Assembly: GCA_050613775.1 (NCBI GenBank)
Contig: JBODTK010000130.1
Span: forward strand, 124,001-188,000
Reading direction: 5' to 3'
From: Neocallimastix sp. 'constans'
Lineage: Eukaryota
DNA length: 64,000 nt
The notes under the pieces were generated by a model, which was given only the letters and a program-made list of their open reading frames with translations, ran no database searches and was not told the DNA's origin. The position numbers and the translations under genes were made by a program. This document shows positions 40,830 through 60,535 of the stretch, one piece after another. Positions within the stretch are counted from its first letter, which is position 1, and the number at the start of each line of letters is the position of its first letter.

Positions 40830-42389
40830 ATATATTCCGGTTTAATAATATTCCTGAATTCGGATCAGCTAATGTAATCGTATTAAACTTTTTCTTGACT
40901 ACTTTTAGAGGTCCGTTAAAATAAGGGTCTAGTTTAGTTCTACTAAAGTTTCTAACTAGTACTAAATTTCCTTCTTTGATTTCCTTAGCCTGATTCATAC
41001 TTTGTTTTTCTTCTCGTCTAACAGCCCAATATTTATTTGCATTTTTAACATTATCTGATGCTTCTATTGTTCATCTATAATGAGATATATACTTTTCCAA
41101 TAGAATTTCATCAGAGGATTTATTTATACATTTAGTAGGATTTGCAGCTCTATCAAAAGGTTGTTGGTCTTCACGACCATAAACTAATTCAAAACTAGAA
41201 TGGTTGGTGGTACCATTTTTAACGGTTCTTAAAGCCCAGAGAGCCGAAAGTAATACCTCATCCCAATCTTTATTTTTCGTCCCAAGCAATCTAAGGAGTT
41301 TACCAATTTCTTTATTACGATTTTCCGTAAGTCCATTAGATTCGGGATGATATATTGTAACAAATTTAATATATACATCATATAGATCTAAAAATATTTT
41401 AGTCATATCTGATGTAAATTGGGTACCATTTTCCGTGGTAATTACTTGGGAACTCCGTGATGAGAAAATACGTTAATAAGGAGCTTAACTACATCTTTAG
41501 AGTGATACCTTCAGTCGGTTCTGCTTCTACCAACTTAGTGAAATAATCAACAGCTATTATTATATATTGATTATTACTTCTAGTTTTAACTAGTGGATCG
41601 ATAATGTCCAAACCAATATGTACAAAAGGTCCTTCCACTTTAGTAGATAGATTTTCTGTAGGCTCTGGATAAGGTTGTGGTCGTTTTAATTGACATGTTT
41701 CACACTTACTGACAATACGTTTAATATCATTCGCAATGTCGTTCCAATAATAACTCTTACGTAAGCGTTGATAAATCTTATAATAATCATCATGTCCAAT
41801 ATTATGAGCCTCTAATATTAATTTTATTCTTTCATTAAGATCGGTTACTAATTTTCTATAATTGTTACCATCAATAAAGTATTCAGCACCATCAATAGTG
41901 GTGAATTTTTCATTGATATAATTATGTATTATTTTGTATAATAAGGCCTCATTTTCATCATTAGTAGTATCATGGTTAATTATTTTTGTAGCAAAAACTA
42001 CATTTTCTGTATTATTTTTCATTCGGGATAGGGCATCAGCAAGTACAATATTTTTAAACGGTTTCATATTTAATGTCTACACCAAGCGTAATAGCTGTCA
42101 AACACCATCTAGTTTGCCTTGCATTATGTGATTCCTTATTCTTGAACAACCCTAGTAATGGCTTATGGTCCGTATATACAATAGTTGGTATTGGATTTTC
42201 ATCTATGTACGGTTTTAATTTAGTTATACAATAATATAGGGCAGCACCTTCTAATCCGTTATACTATAATGCTTTTCTGCTCTGGTCAAACTTCTACTGA
42301 TAAAGTGAATAGGATGTTCTTTTCCAGTTTCATTATCTTTTTGTAATAACACACCTCCTATTCCATCATATGAAGCATCGGTACAAACT
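40830..42389 (-). mobile_element. Degenerate Ty3/Gypsy pol fragment (RNase H and integrase), related to the 34761 element
   Basis: TDASYDGIGGVLLQ, LADALSR, CETC, YHPESNG and FNGP motifs on the minus strand. Confidence 0.9.
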
Positions 42390-42825
42390 GCAAAACCACT
42401 TTTTGATCTACTAAAGAAAGATGTTTGTTATGTTTGGTTCAATGATTGTAATGATGCTTTCGAAAAATTAAAGAAAACAAAGTCTCCCATTATTGTTCCA
42501 TCCGATTATACTAAACCTTTCATCATTCGAACAAATGCTTCTAGAGATGGTCTAGGTGGAGCATTATTACAGGCTAAAGATAATTCCATCGAAGTTCCTA
42601 TTTATTTCGAGAGTAGAACTTTTCTTCTTCAGAATCTAACTATAGTGTTACCGATTTAGAGGGCAAAGCAATATTCCATTGTATTAAAAAATTTAAATAT
42701 TATTTTTGTGGAAGCTCTTTCCCCACTATTGTTTATAATGACCATAAACCTTTGTTTAGTATATTTTCTAATAAAGAACCATCAATAATCGTCACCTTAA
42801 ATGGGTTACTGGACTATCCATGTAC
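42390..42825 (+). mobile_element. Fragment of a different Gypsy RT-connection/RNase H
   Basis: AKPLFDLLKKDV, FIIRTNASRDGLGGALLQ and DHKPL motifs. Confidence 0.8.
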
Positions 42826-43026
42826 TATTTTTTTTCTTTTTTTTTCTTTTTTTTTTTTTATTTAATTGTGTAATGAAATAAATGATTAATAATATTTAAA
42901 TAAGTAAATATTATATACTTTATTTATTAATAAAATGAATTTATAACTTTTATGAATATGTTATGTAGAAAATTTTATATTTTCTATTGTTGAAGTTTTT
43001 TTTTTTTTTTGCACAGTCACAACTAT

Positions 43027-43525
43027 TGTGACCTTTTAGCTTTATTTATTTATTCATTTATTAATTACATGAACACTTTTTTTTTAAAAAAGCACCAAAT
43101 TAATTAAAAAATAAATATTATTTGTTTAATTAGAACATAATAATATTTTAAATAGTAATGTGAAATAATAAGTAATATTCAAAATAAAGAGGTATAAATA
43201 AATTCTATTAAAATTCATATACAACGAAATTCACCCAGATTAGAGTTTGAATTGACTATATGAAAGAAATTAAAGACTACGTTTTCAGCGTTGGCGCACC
43301 TGATTAGTTTGCTCTTATACCCTAGGAATAGCAATCTTTGTCGAGTACTAGCCCTAGGCATAATTTCTGTAAAGAGAGCCGTAGATCGCTCCAAGAATGG
43401 GTTTTAGAATAATCCCTATAAATGATTTATTTCTTAAGTAAAACATCCCATTCCTTTTTATAATTTAAATCAATAACTTCATCTCTTCCATTTAGAAGGA
43501 AGTTATATAATCGGTACCACGTCAC

Positions 43526-43526
<1 letters not shown>
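43027..43526. mobile_element. Candidate LTR (500 bp)
   Basis: Inverted termini tgtgac...gtcaca around a GC-richer non-coding core, next to Gypsy remnants. No matching TSD seen. Confidence 0.45.
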
Positions 43527-43579
<53 letters not shown>

Positions 43580-43725
43580 TTTAAAGTATATAGGTTATTT
43601 TATTGGATTTAATTTATTTTTATATTATTACATTTTTTTTTATAAAAAAATATAATAAAAAATTATTTAAATATTTTACATTTATTTATCTTTTTTTTTT
43701 ATTTTTGTTTGTTTGTTTTTTTCTT

Positions 43726-50343
<6,618 letters not shown>

Positions 50344-50966
50344 TTTGTTATAATAATCACTATTGTGTTAATCCAAAAAAAAAAAATTATAGTATCATAA
50401 AAAAAAAATAAAAAATAAAAAATAAAAAAATAAAAAAAATAAAAAAAATAAAAAAAAAAATAAAACAATAATGATAATTAATGATAATAATAATAGTAAG
50501 TATTTATTAAAAAGATTATATATAAAAATAAAGTTAATATATTCATTATTTTTGTATTTATATTTATTTTTTATTTCATATTTTTTCCCAAATTTATATT
50601 AAATTAATATAAAATAAAATAATATATATATAAAAATTAAAAAAAAAAAAAAAAGTGATGAATGACAATTTTTCATTATTACCTATTTTTTTTTTTTTTT
50701 AACTCTTGTCACTTATTTTTCATATTAAGTTTGATATTATGGTTAATATTTTTATATAAAGATTAAAATTTAAAAAAAATATATATATATATATATATTT
50801 ATAAATAAATATTTTAAACTTTCTTATTTTTATTTTATTATATATATATATATATTTAAAGTTTCATATTTAAGGATAAATATGTATAAAAAAAAAATAT
50901 AAATAAATTTTCTTTAAAAGTTTCATATGAATTTAAGTATTTATTTACAAAAAATTCAAATATTAA

Positions 50967-51008
<42 letters not shown>

Positions 51009-51720
51009 AAAACATAATTATATGAATATAATAAAATAGAATTAAGTTAAATATAAAGAATATATAATTGAAATAAAATTTAAAAATATTAATAAAATAT
51101 TTCTAATAAAAAAAAAAATATGCTTTTTATGACTATAAAAAAAAAAAATTAATAAAAAAATTTAAATAAGGTTTAATAACTTATTTCGATATTTTCAAAC
51201 ATACTTTTTTTTTTGGTAAAACTTAAAAAAAGAAATATAATATATATATTAAATATGTTAACATATGTAATTATTTTCTTTTTTTTAATTGTATATGTTA
51301 TTTTTTCTCTTTAATTTTTTTTTATTTATTTTATTTAATTTGCTTTTCATTTAAAAAGTATATATAATATATTTTAAAATATTTTATATATCTAAAACAT
51401 AGAAACAAAAAAAAAAAAAAAATAGGATATTGATAAAAATCTCAATATTTGTTTATTTATTAATTTTAATTATTTAAAACAAAAGGCTTATTTTTTAAGA
51501 ATACAAAATTTAATGCTATTTATACATATGCAGTGGGTTTTAAATAATGGTAGTTTAGTAAATTTTATTAATAAAATTATAATATTCGTACAATAATAAT
51601 TCTAATTCCTAAAAATTTACAAGAGAGTCCTCTATTTCTAATATAAATAATCTAATCTATTTATAAGAAATAGGTAATATATTAATTATATATTCTAATA
51701 TATAGAACTATATAAATTTT

Positions 51721-54700
51721 GGGGAAGTTGCATTACGCCAATTTTCACGTGATATATATAAATTTGTGGCTATAGATATTTTATGCTACATAATATTATT
51801 TTATTGTATTATTTTGTTATTTCAATTTTTAAATTAATTATTAAGTGAATAATTAAATAAATCATATAATGGTTAGATTTTATGATTTTAATTCTTTTAT
51901 TTAAATGCTATTAATAAAAAAATTATATAAAAATATAAATGTTATTAAAAATATAAATATTATTAATAATAATTCTTCTATTTAAATGTTATCAAAAAAA
52001 ATAATAATTATAATGATAAAATTATTAATTATAGAGAGGTATATGAATATTTATTTAAACTGTATAAATTTAATAAGCTTTATAAATTAAATTTTTGAAT
52101 GACAGAATTCTGATTATTTCGTTTGGTTATTCCTCATTTTTTAATTATTTATTATAAAATAATATTTATATTATATTATTTAAATCAGTTAAACAATCAA
52201 ACCACAAATTAATAGTATTATTTCTATCACATTTAGTATCAATTAACTTGGTTTCAATATTTTTGTAGAGTTCAATTAAGACACTGATTTCATTAGCTTT
52301 ATTTATTGCTCTTTTTTTTATTTTCCAAATTCCTCTTATTTTTCTTTGATAATCATAATATGGTAAATGTTCAAGTTCATTTAATATATCTATTAATTCA
52401 TAATAAGATGGTATTGTTAGAAATAAATTATTTAAATAACTATTGATTCTGCAATTATAATATTATTGTTACATGTATTAGCATTTTTTTTTTTTTTTAA
52501 TTTTTCAAATAATATTTTATATGTTTCTTGTTCTTTATTTTTTAATATTGCAAAAGAAGTAGTGTAAAAACTATCTAATTCTTTAGCTTAAGTTCTTGTA
52601 ATAAATATTTAATAACTAAATTTAGGGGCAATAAAAAATGTACCATCAACAAATATATCCTCATTATATTCCCTAAATAATTTTACTTGAAAAGGAGATT
52701 GAAAAATTATTAAATTAATATTTTTTGAATATCATAAAATTTTCACCTCTCTTTGCTTTATAATACTCAGATTCACTAGGAATCTCAGCAAATGTTGTTA
52801 CATTGGATGGTAGTTTTTTATTTAAATTTCGTGATATTTGAGATTTAATTGAATTATATTCTGAACATATAAATCTCATTTCCTTAGAAATTTTATTATA
52901 TAGGGGTTTTATTTTTATACCATAAGGAATTGAACTTTTTTCAATTCCATCTTTAATTTTATGTTTCATTATAGATAGAGATACATCGTATTCTTTTTCG
53001 GGATGATTAAGTGAACTATCATATTTTAATATTTCTTTCTTATCATTTAAAATAATAAAAGATTTACATTTATTTCTGTACATAAACTTTTGAATTATCT
53101 TTTCTTATATATGAAAAATTAAATTTATATTTTTTATTAATAATAATTTATTTTTTTCTTTTGTTAGACTCACTTATATCAATAATAAGATTTTTTTCCA
53201 TTTCTATATTTTTATATATATTTTTTAATTATATAATTAAAATTATTATATTAATTATCCAATATTATTCTTAATACTAATTTTAAAAAATTAGTTTTTC
53301 AATTATTTGTAAAAAAAAAAAAATAAATAAATAAAGAATGCAATAGTAAGTACAAGTATACAAAATAAAATAAAATAAAATAAAATAAATAGTAGAATAT
53401 AAATATAAATACAGATTGAATAAAATAAAATTAAATAAATAGTAGAATATAAATATAAATACAGATTGAATAAAATAAAATAAAATAAATAGTAGAATAT
53501 AAATATAAGTACAGATTGAATAAAATATAATAAAATAAAATAAATATTAGAAATATGAATATAAAGTACAGATTTAATAAAATAAAATAAAATAAAATAA
53601 AATAAAATAAATAGTAGAAATATGAATATAAAGTACAGATTTAATAAAATAAAATAAAATAAAATAAATAGTAGAAATATGAATATAAATTACAGATTGA
53701 AAAAAATAAAATAAAATAAAATAAATATTAGAAATATGAATATAAAGTACAGATTTAATAAAATAAAATAAAATAAAATAAAATAAATAGTAGAAATATG
53801 AATATAAAGTACAGATTTAATAAAATAAAATAAAATAAAATAAAATAAAATAAAATAAAATAAAATAAATAGTAAAAATATGAATATAAATTACAGATTG
53901 AATAAAATAAAATAAAATAAAATAAAATAAAATAAAATAAAATAAAATAAAATAAAATAAAATAAAATAAAATAAAATAAAATAAAATAAATAGTAGAAA
54001 TATGAATATAAATTACAGATTGAATAAAATAAAATAAAATAAAATAAATAGTAGAAATATGAATATAAATTACAGATTGAATAAAATAAAATAAAATAAA
54101 ATAAATAGTAGAAATATGAATATAAATTACAGATTGAATAAAATAAAATAAAATAAAATAAATAGTAGAAATATGAATATAAATTACAGATTGAATAAAA
54201 TAAAATAAAATAAAATAAATAGTAGAAATATGAATATAAATTACAGATTGAATAAAATAAAATAAAATAAATAGTAGAAATATGAATATAAATTACAGAT
54301 TGAATAAAATAAAATAAAATAAAATAAATAGTAGAAATATGAATATAAAGTACAGATTTAATATAATAAAATAAAATAAAATAAATAGTAGAATATTAAA
54401 TATAAAGTACAGATTGAATAAAATAAAATAAAATAAATAGTAGAATATTAAATATAAAGTACAGATTGAATGAAATAAAATAAAATAAATAGTAGAATAT
54501 TAAATATAAAGTATAGATTGAATAAAATAAAATAAAATAAATAGTAGAATATTAAATATAAAGTACAGATTGAATAAAATAAAATAAAATAAATAGTAGA
54601 ATATTAAATATAAAGTACAGATTGAATAAAATAAAATAAAATAAAATTAAATAAATATTGAATGTAATAATATAAAAGTACAAGTATATAAAAAAAAATA

Positions 54701-55442
54701 AAATAAATATTGAATGTAATAATATGAAAGTACTAATATATAAAATAAAATAAATATTTATCATTATTTTTTATTAAAGACAATTAAAGACAATTTATTT
54801 TTAAAAATAAAATGTTTTATTTAATTATATATGTTAGAAACAAAAAAAATTCATTTATATTTAATGAGATTATTAACAAACAATAATATTGTTTTATATA
54901 TTAAATTACATCATCATCAATTGAATACAATAAAAATATAAAAAATTTTCATTTCTAAAACATTGATCTGTAATATTCTTTAATAAAAAATTATTAGATA
55001 TTTATTTTATTTTATTTTATTAAATCTGTACTTTATATTTAATATTCTACTATTTATTTTATTTAATTTTATTTTATTTTATTTTATTTTATTTTATTTT
55101 ATTTTATTTTATTTTATTTTATTTTATTTTATTTTATTTTATTTTATTTTATTTTATTTTATTTTATTTTTATTTTATTTTATTTTATTTTATTTTATTT
55201 TATTTTATTTTATCCAATCTGTACTTTATATTCATATTCTACTATTTATTTTTATTTTATATACTTATTACATTCTTTATTTATTTATTTATTTGTTTGT
55301 TTATTTATTTATACATTTATTTTTTTTTACATATAGTTTTATTAAAATTTTTATGGCGTTAACAAAAAATTTTACAAGCCATTAAAAATAAATGGCGTAT
55401 TGAAAATTTGTATTATAAAAATTGGCTAAATGAACCACATTC
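51721..55442 (-). mobile_element. Mutator-like DNA transposon (MULE) with degenerate transposase
   Basis: 9-bp TSD ataaatttt at 51712-51720 and 55443-55451. Imperfect TIRs. FLYWCH-like CKSFIILND..H..H region and DIFVDGTFFIAPKF MULE motif. Confidence 0.85.
53345..54760. repeat. Minisatellite of about 55-60 bp inside the MULE
   Basis: Unit aaatagtagaaatatgaatataaattacagattg(aataa)n repeated about 20 times. Confidence 0.9.
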
Positions 55443-55604
55443 ATAAATTTTATATGAATTAAAGTATTATAATTATTATAATTATAATAATACATATTGA
55501 AATAAAATAAAATAAAATAATTATCAAAAAGATATAAATTTAATATTTAATAATTAATATTAAATATACAAATATGTTACTACACATATTTTTTTTATAT
55601 CAAT

Positions 55605-58517
55605 AAATATGTGGCTATAGCTATATTATGCTACATAATACTATTTTATTGTATTATTTTGTTATTTCAATTTTTAAATTAATTATTAAGTGAATAATTA
55701 AATAAATCATATATTGGTTAGATTTTAATTCTTTTATTTAAATGCTATTAATAAAAAAATTATATAAAAATATAAATGTTATTAAAAATATAAATATATT
55801 AATAATTATTCTTTTATTTAAATGTTATTAAAAAAAAATAATAATTATAATGATAAAATTATTAATTATAGAGACGTATTTGAATATTTATTTAAACTGT
55901 ATAAATTTAATAAGCTTTATAAAATAAATTTTGGAATGACAGAATTCTGATTATTTCGTTTGGTTATTCCTCATTTTTTAATTATTTATTATAAAATAAT
56001 ATTTATATTATATTATTTAAATCAGTTAAACAATCAAACCACAAATTAATAGTATTATTTCTATCACATTTAGCGTCAATTAACTTGGTTTCAATATTTT
56101 TGTAGAGTTCAATTAAGACACTGATTTCATTAGCTTTATTTATTGTTCTTTTTTTTTATTTTTTCAAATTCCTCTTATTTTTCTTTGATAATCATAATAT
56201 GGTAAATGTTCAAGTTCATTTAATTTATCTATTAATTCATAATAAGATGGTTTTGTTGGAAATAAATTATTTAAATAACTATTGAGTGATTCTGTAATTA
56301 TAATATTATTGTTACATGTATTAGCATTTTTTTTTTAATTTTTCAAATAATATTTTATATGTTTCTTGTTCTTTATTTTTTAATATTGCAAAAGAAGTAG
56401 TGTAAAAACTATCTAATTCTTTAGCTTAAGTTCTTGTAATAAATATTTAATAACTAAATTTAGGGGCAATAAAAAATGTACCATTAACAAATATATCATC
56501 ATTATATTCCCTAAATAATTTTACTTGAAAAGGAGATTGAAAAATTATTAAATTAATATTTTTTGAATATCATAAAATTTTCACCTCTCTTTGCTTTATA
56601 ATACTCAGATTCACTAGGAATCTCAGCAAATGTTGTTACATTGGATGGTAGTTTTTTATTTAAATTTCGTGATATTTGGGATTTAATTGAATTATATTCT
56701 GGACATATAAGTCCCATTTCTATAGAAATTTTATTATATAGGGGTTTTATTTTTATACCAAAAGGAATTGAACTTTTTTCAATTCCATCTTTAATTTTAT
56801 GTTTCATTATGGATAGAGATACATCGTATTCTTTTTCGGGATGATTATGTGAATTATCATATTTAAAGATTTTTTTCTTATCATTTAAAATAATAAAAGA
56901 TTTACATTTATTTCTGTACATAAACTTTTGAATTATCTTTTTTTATATATGAAAAATTAAATTTATATTTTTTATTAATAATAATTTATTTTTTTTCCTT
57001 TGTTATACTCACATCAATAATTAGATTTTCTTCCATTTCTATATTTTTATAAATATTTTTTAATTATATAATTAAAATTATTATATTAATTATCCAATAT
57101 TATTCTTAATACTAATTTTGAAAAATTAGTTTTTCAATTATTTGTAAAAAAAAAAAAAAAAAAAATAATTAATTAAGGAATGCAATAATATAAGTACAAG
57201 TATAAGTATATAAAATAAAATCAATATTGAATGTAATAATATAAAAGAACAAGTATGTAAAATAAAATAAAATAAAATCAATATTGAATGCAATAATATA
57301 AAAGAACAAGTATATAAAATAAAATAAAATAAATATTGAATGTAATAATATAAAAGAACAAGTATGTAAAATAAAATAAAATAAAATAAATATTGAATGT
57401 AATAATATAAAAGAACAAGTATATAAAATAAATAAAATAAAATAAATATTGAATGTAATAATATAAAAGAACAAGTATATAAAATAAAATAAAATAAAAT
57501 AAAATAAATATTTATCATTATTTTTTATTAAAGATTATTAAAGACAGTTTATTTTTAAAAATAAAATGTTTTATTTAATTATATATGTTAGAAAGCAAAA
57601 AAATCATTTATATTTAATGAGATTATTAACAATCAATAATATCGTTTTATATATTAAATTACATTATTAATTGAATATAATAAAAATGTAAAAAATTTTC
57701 ATTTCTAAAACATTGATCGGTAATATTCTTTAATAAAAAATAATATTATAAATTTATTTTTTTTATTTTATTTTATTTTATTTTATTTTATTCAATCTGT
57801 ACTTATATATATATTCTACTATTTATTTTATTTTATTTTATTTTATTTTATTTTATTTTATTTTATTTTATTTTATTTTATTTTATTTTATTTTATTTTA
57901 TTTTATTTTATTTTATTTTTTATTTAATTTTATTTTATTTTATTTTATTCAATCTGTACTTTATATTCATATTCTACTATTTATTTTATTTTATATACTT
58001 TTTACATTCTTTATTTATTTATTTGTTTGTTTATTTATTTATACATTTATTTTTTTTACATATAATTGTATTAAAATTTTTTATGGCGCTAACAAAAAAT
58101 TTACAAGCCATTAAAAATAAATGGCGTATTGAAAATTTGTATTATAAAAATTGGCGAAATGCACCACAATTTGGGTGTGGGGCATTTCGCCAGATTGCAT
58201 TTCGCCAATTTTTTTGAAAGCATGTGGCGTATTAAAAAAATGTGGCATTTCGCCAAATTGAAAATTATTAATTAAATAAATAAATCAATAAATAAAATTA
58301 AATATTATTAATATCGCATAAAAACAATTTTAAAAAAAATATATTTTGAATTAATATTTATTTTTTTATTCATTTATTTATATCAATACTCTACTTGTCG
58401 AAATGCAACCTGGCGAATAGCAACTTGGGGAAATGCAACATTTTAATACTACGCCACTTGGCGAAATGCAATCTGGCGAAATGCAATTTGGGGAAATGCA
58501 ACTCTCCCCCACAATTC
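55605..58517 (-). mobile_element. Second copy of the same MULE; left terminus missing
   Basis: Near-identical to 51765-55442, with a different internal satellite. Confidence 0.85.
58173..58508. mobile_element. Mutator-type MITE inserted in the MULE terminus
   Basis: Inverted arrays of gcatttcgcc/ggcgaaatgc; TSD ccacaattt versus ccacaattc (8 of 9 match). Confidence 0.7.
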
Positions 58518-58983
58518 TTTTAATACTAACTATATAAAAGAGGTATATAAAAGATAAAAAATTTTTGAAACTATATTCATAAACTATATAATCTATATAT
58601 TAATATAATATATCCTATTTATTTATAATAAACTATTTAATATTTAAAATTATAATAAAAGTTGTAATAAAATAAAAATATTAATTAAAGTGTTAATTAT
58701 ATTTATAAACTAAAAATACTAATTTTCTAACAGATATTATAAAGGATATTTTATAATTCTATCTATTTCAATATGATTAAAGGTTAGAATACTAATTTTT
58801 TTTAAAAAAAAAATAATAGAAATTGTACATTTCGGAACGTGGCTTTATATATAAGTATTTAAAAAAATTATTAATGTAAGGGTGGCTTAAATTTATTTTT
58901 AATAAATAAATAATAATATTTAAATTTTTAATAAATAATAAATTAATGAAAATATACTTATTAAAAAAAAAAAAAAAAAAAAA

Positions 58984-59306
58984 CATAGACTTGCACATAT
59001 GGGTACCCATCTCCCATATGGCCATACAGTTATTAATTAACTGTAAGGTGATGAGTTATTGGCATACTGTATCAGCTTCGCCGCTCTCAATCGTCGTTAC
59101 ACACTGCCCGGAGATGCATTCCTAACGTTCCTACATATATCTCTAATGACCACGAGCATCAGAACGGAACCATTAACTCCTCCCTAGTGGGTGTAATCAT
59201 TGGCGATTGGAAATTTTACAATCATCAAGGTCTATGCTTCAATTCAAAGCGTAGTATCAGGGTTGGGTGAAATAATCATCTGAGGGAAAGCCTTATGGAC
59301 ATCACG
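58984..59306 (+). ncRNA. Unidentified structured, GC-rich, poly(A)-flanked retroposed element
   Basis: Nested stems, no ORF, A-runs on both sides with an A(n)CAT duplication. Confidence 0.55.
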
Positions 59307-59415
59307 AAAAAAAAAAAAAAAAAACATTAAATATTATTAATTTAAAAAAACTAACCCATTTAAATTTATTTCTATTTTTATTTAAAAAAAAAATTAACCC
59401 ATTTATATTTATTTC

Positions 59416-59488
59416 GGGAGATGTACATTTCTCAATTGTACATCTAGCAAAATGTAGCTTAAAATATTTTTAAAAAATAAACATAAAC

Positions 59489-59519
<31 letters not shown>

Positions 59520-60501
59520 TATTAAATAAAAAAAAAAATAAAATAAATAAACATGTTAAAAATACTTTTATTATTTTTAGTTTTATTTAATATTAAAATT
59601 TTAATAAAATAAAAAAACTATATAAATTTGATATTGATATTATTAATAAAAAAACTATATAATATTGATATTGATATTAATAATTAAAAAACTATATAAT
59701 ATTGATATTGATATTAATAATTAAAAAACTATATAATATTGATATTGATATTAATAATAAAAAAACTATATAATATATAATTTTGATATTTATATTAATA
59801 AAAAAATATTATATATTGATATTAATATTAATAAAAAAATAACTATTATCAAATGGAACAATTTTAATTATAATTTAATTTATAAAAAAAACTGAAAAAT
59901 AATATCTTTTAAAATTATAATCTTAATTAAAAAATGTTATAAAAAATACTAATCTATAAAAAATTAGCAGTTTATATATTATTTAAATGAATTAATCAAT
60001 CGTACCATAATTCAACTCTATCATCATCGTCGCATCCAATACAAATTAATTTTTCTTCCTTATTTTTATAACATTCAATTAAAGCCTTGATTTCATCAGT
60101 TCTATTAATAGTTTTTTTTTTTTTTTTAAAAAAATCCTTTCGTAATCATTATACGATAAGTCTTCTTCTTTCTTTAATACTTTTATTAATTTATAAAAAG
60201 TAGGTTTTTTTTTTTTGGAAAAGATTATTTAAGTAATTATTAGAAGATTCTGGTGCATTATTTGTAATGTGTTCTATATTGTTATAATAATTCCAGTTAT
60301 TTGCATAATATTTATTTAAATAGTTGATATTAAAATATTCTAAAAATTCTAAAAAATTATTATATTCATTTTTTTTGCATGTATTTTTTATTTTTGAGTA
60401 AATGCGTGGCATGTAAATAGAGTTAATAAATGGAATTTCGAAATAGCTCTATAATAAGTATATAAATTATTATTATTATTATCAATTTCATTAGAACATA
60501 A

Positions 60502-60535
<34 letters not shown>

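Noticed and set aside
53345..54760. CRISPR-like array
   Set aside because: The variable parts are only (AATAA)n length changes; there are no unique spacers and no cas genes.
59090..59262. SSU rRNA-like ttacacactgcccg and U2-like gtagtatc
   Set aside because: Short matches only; the flanks do not follow rRNA or U2 sequence.
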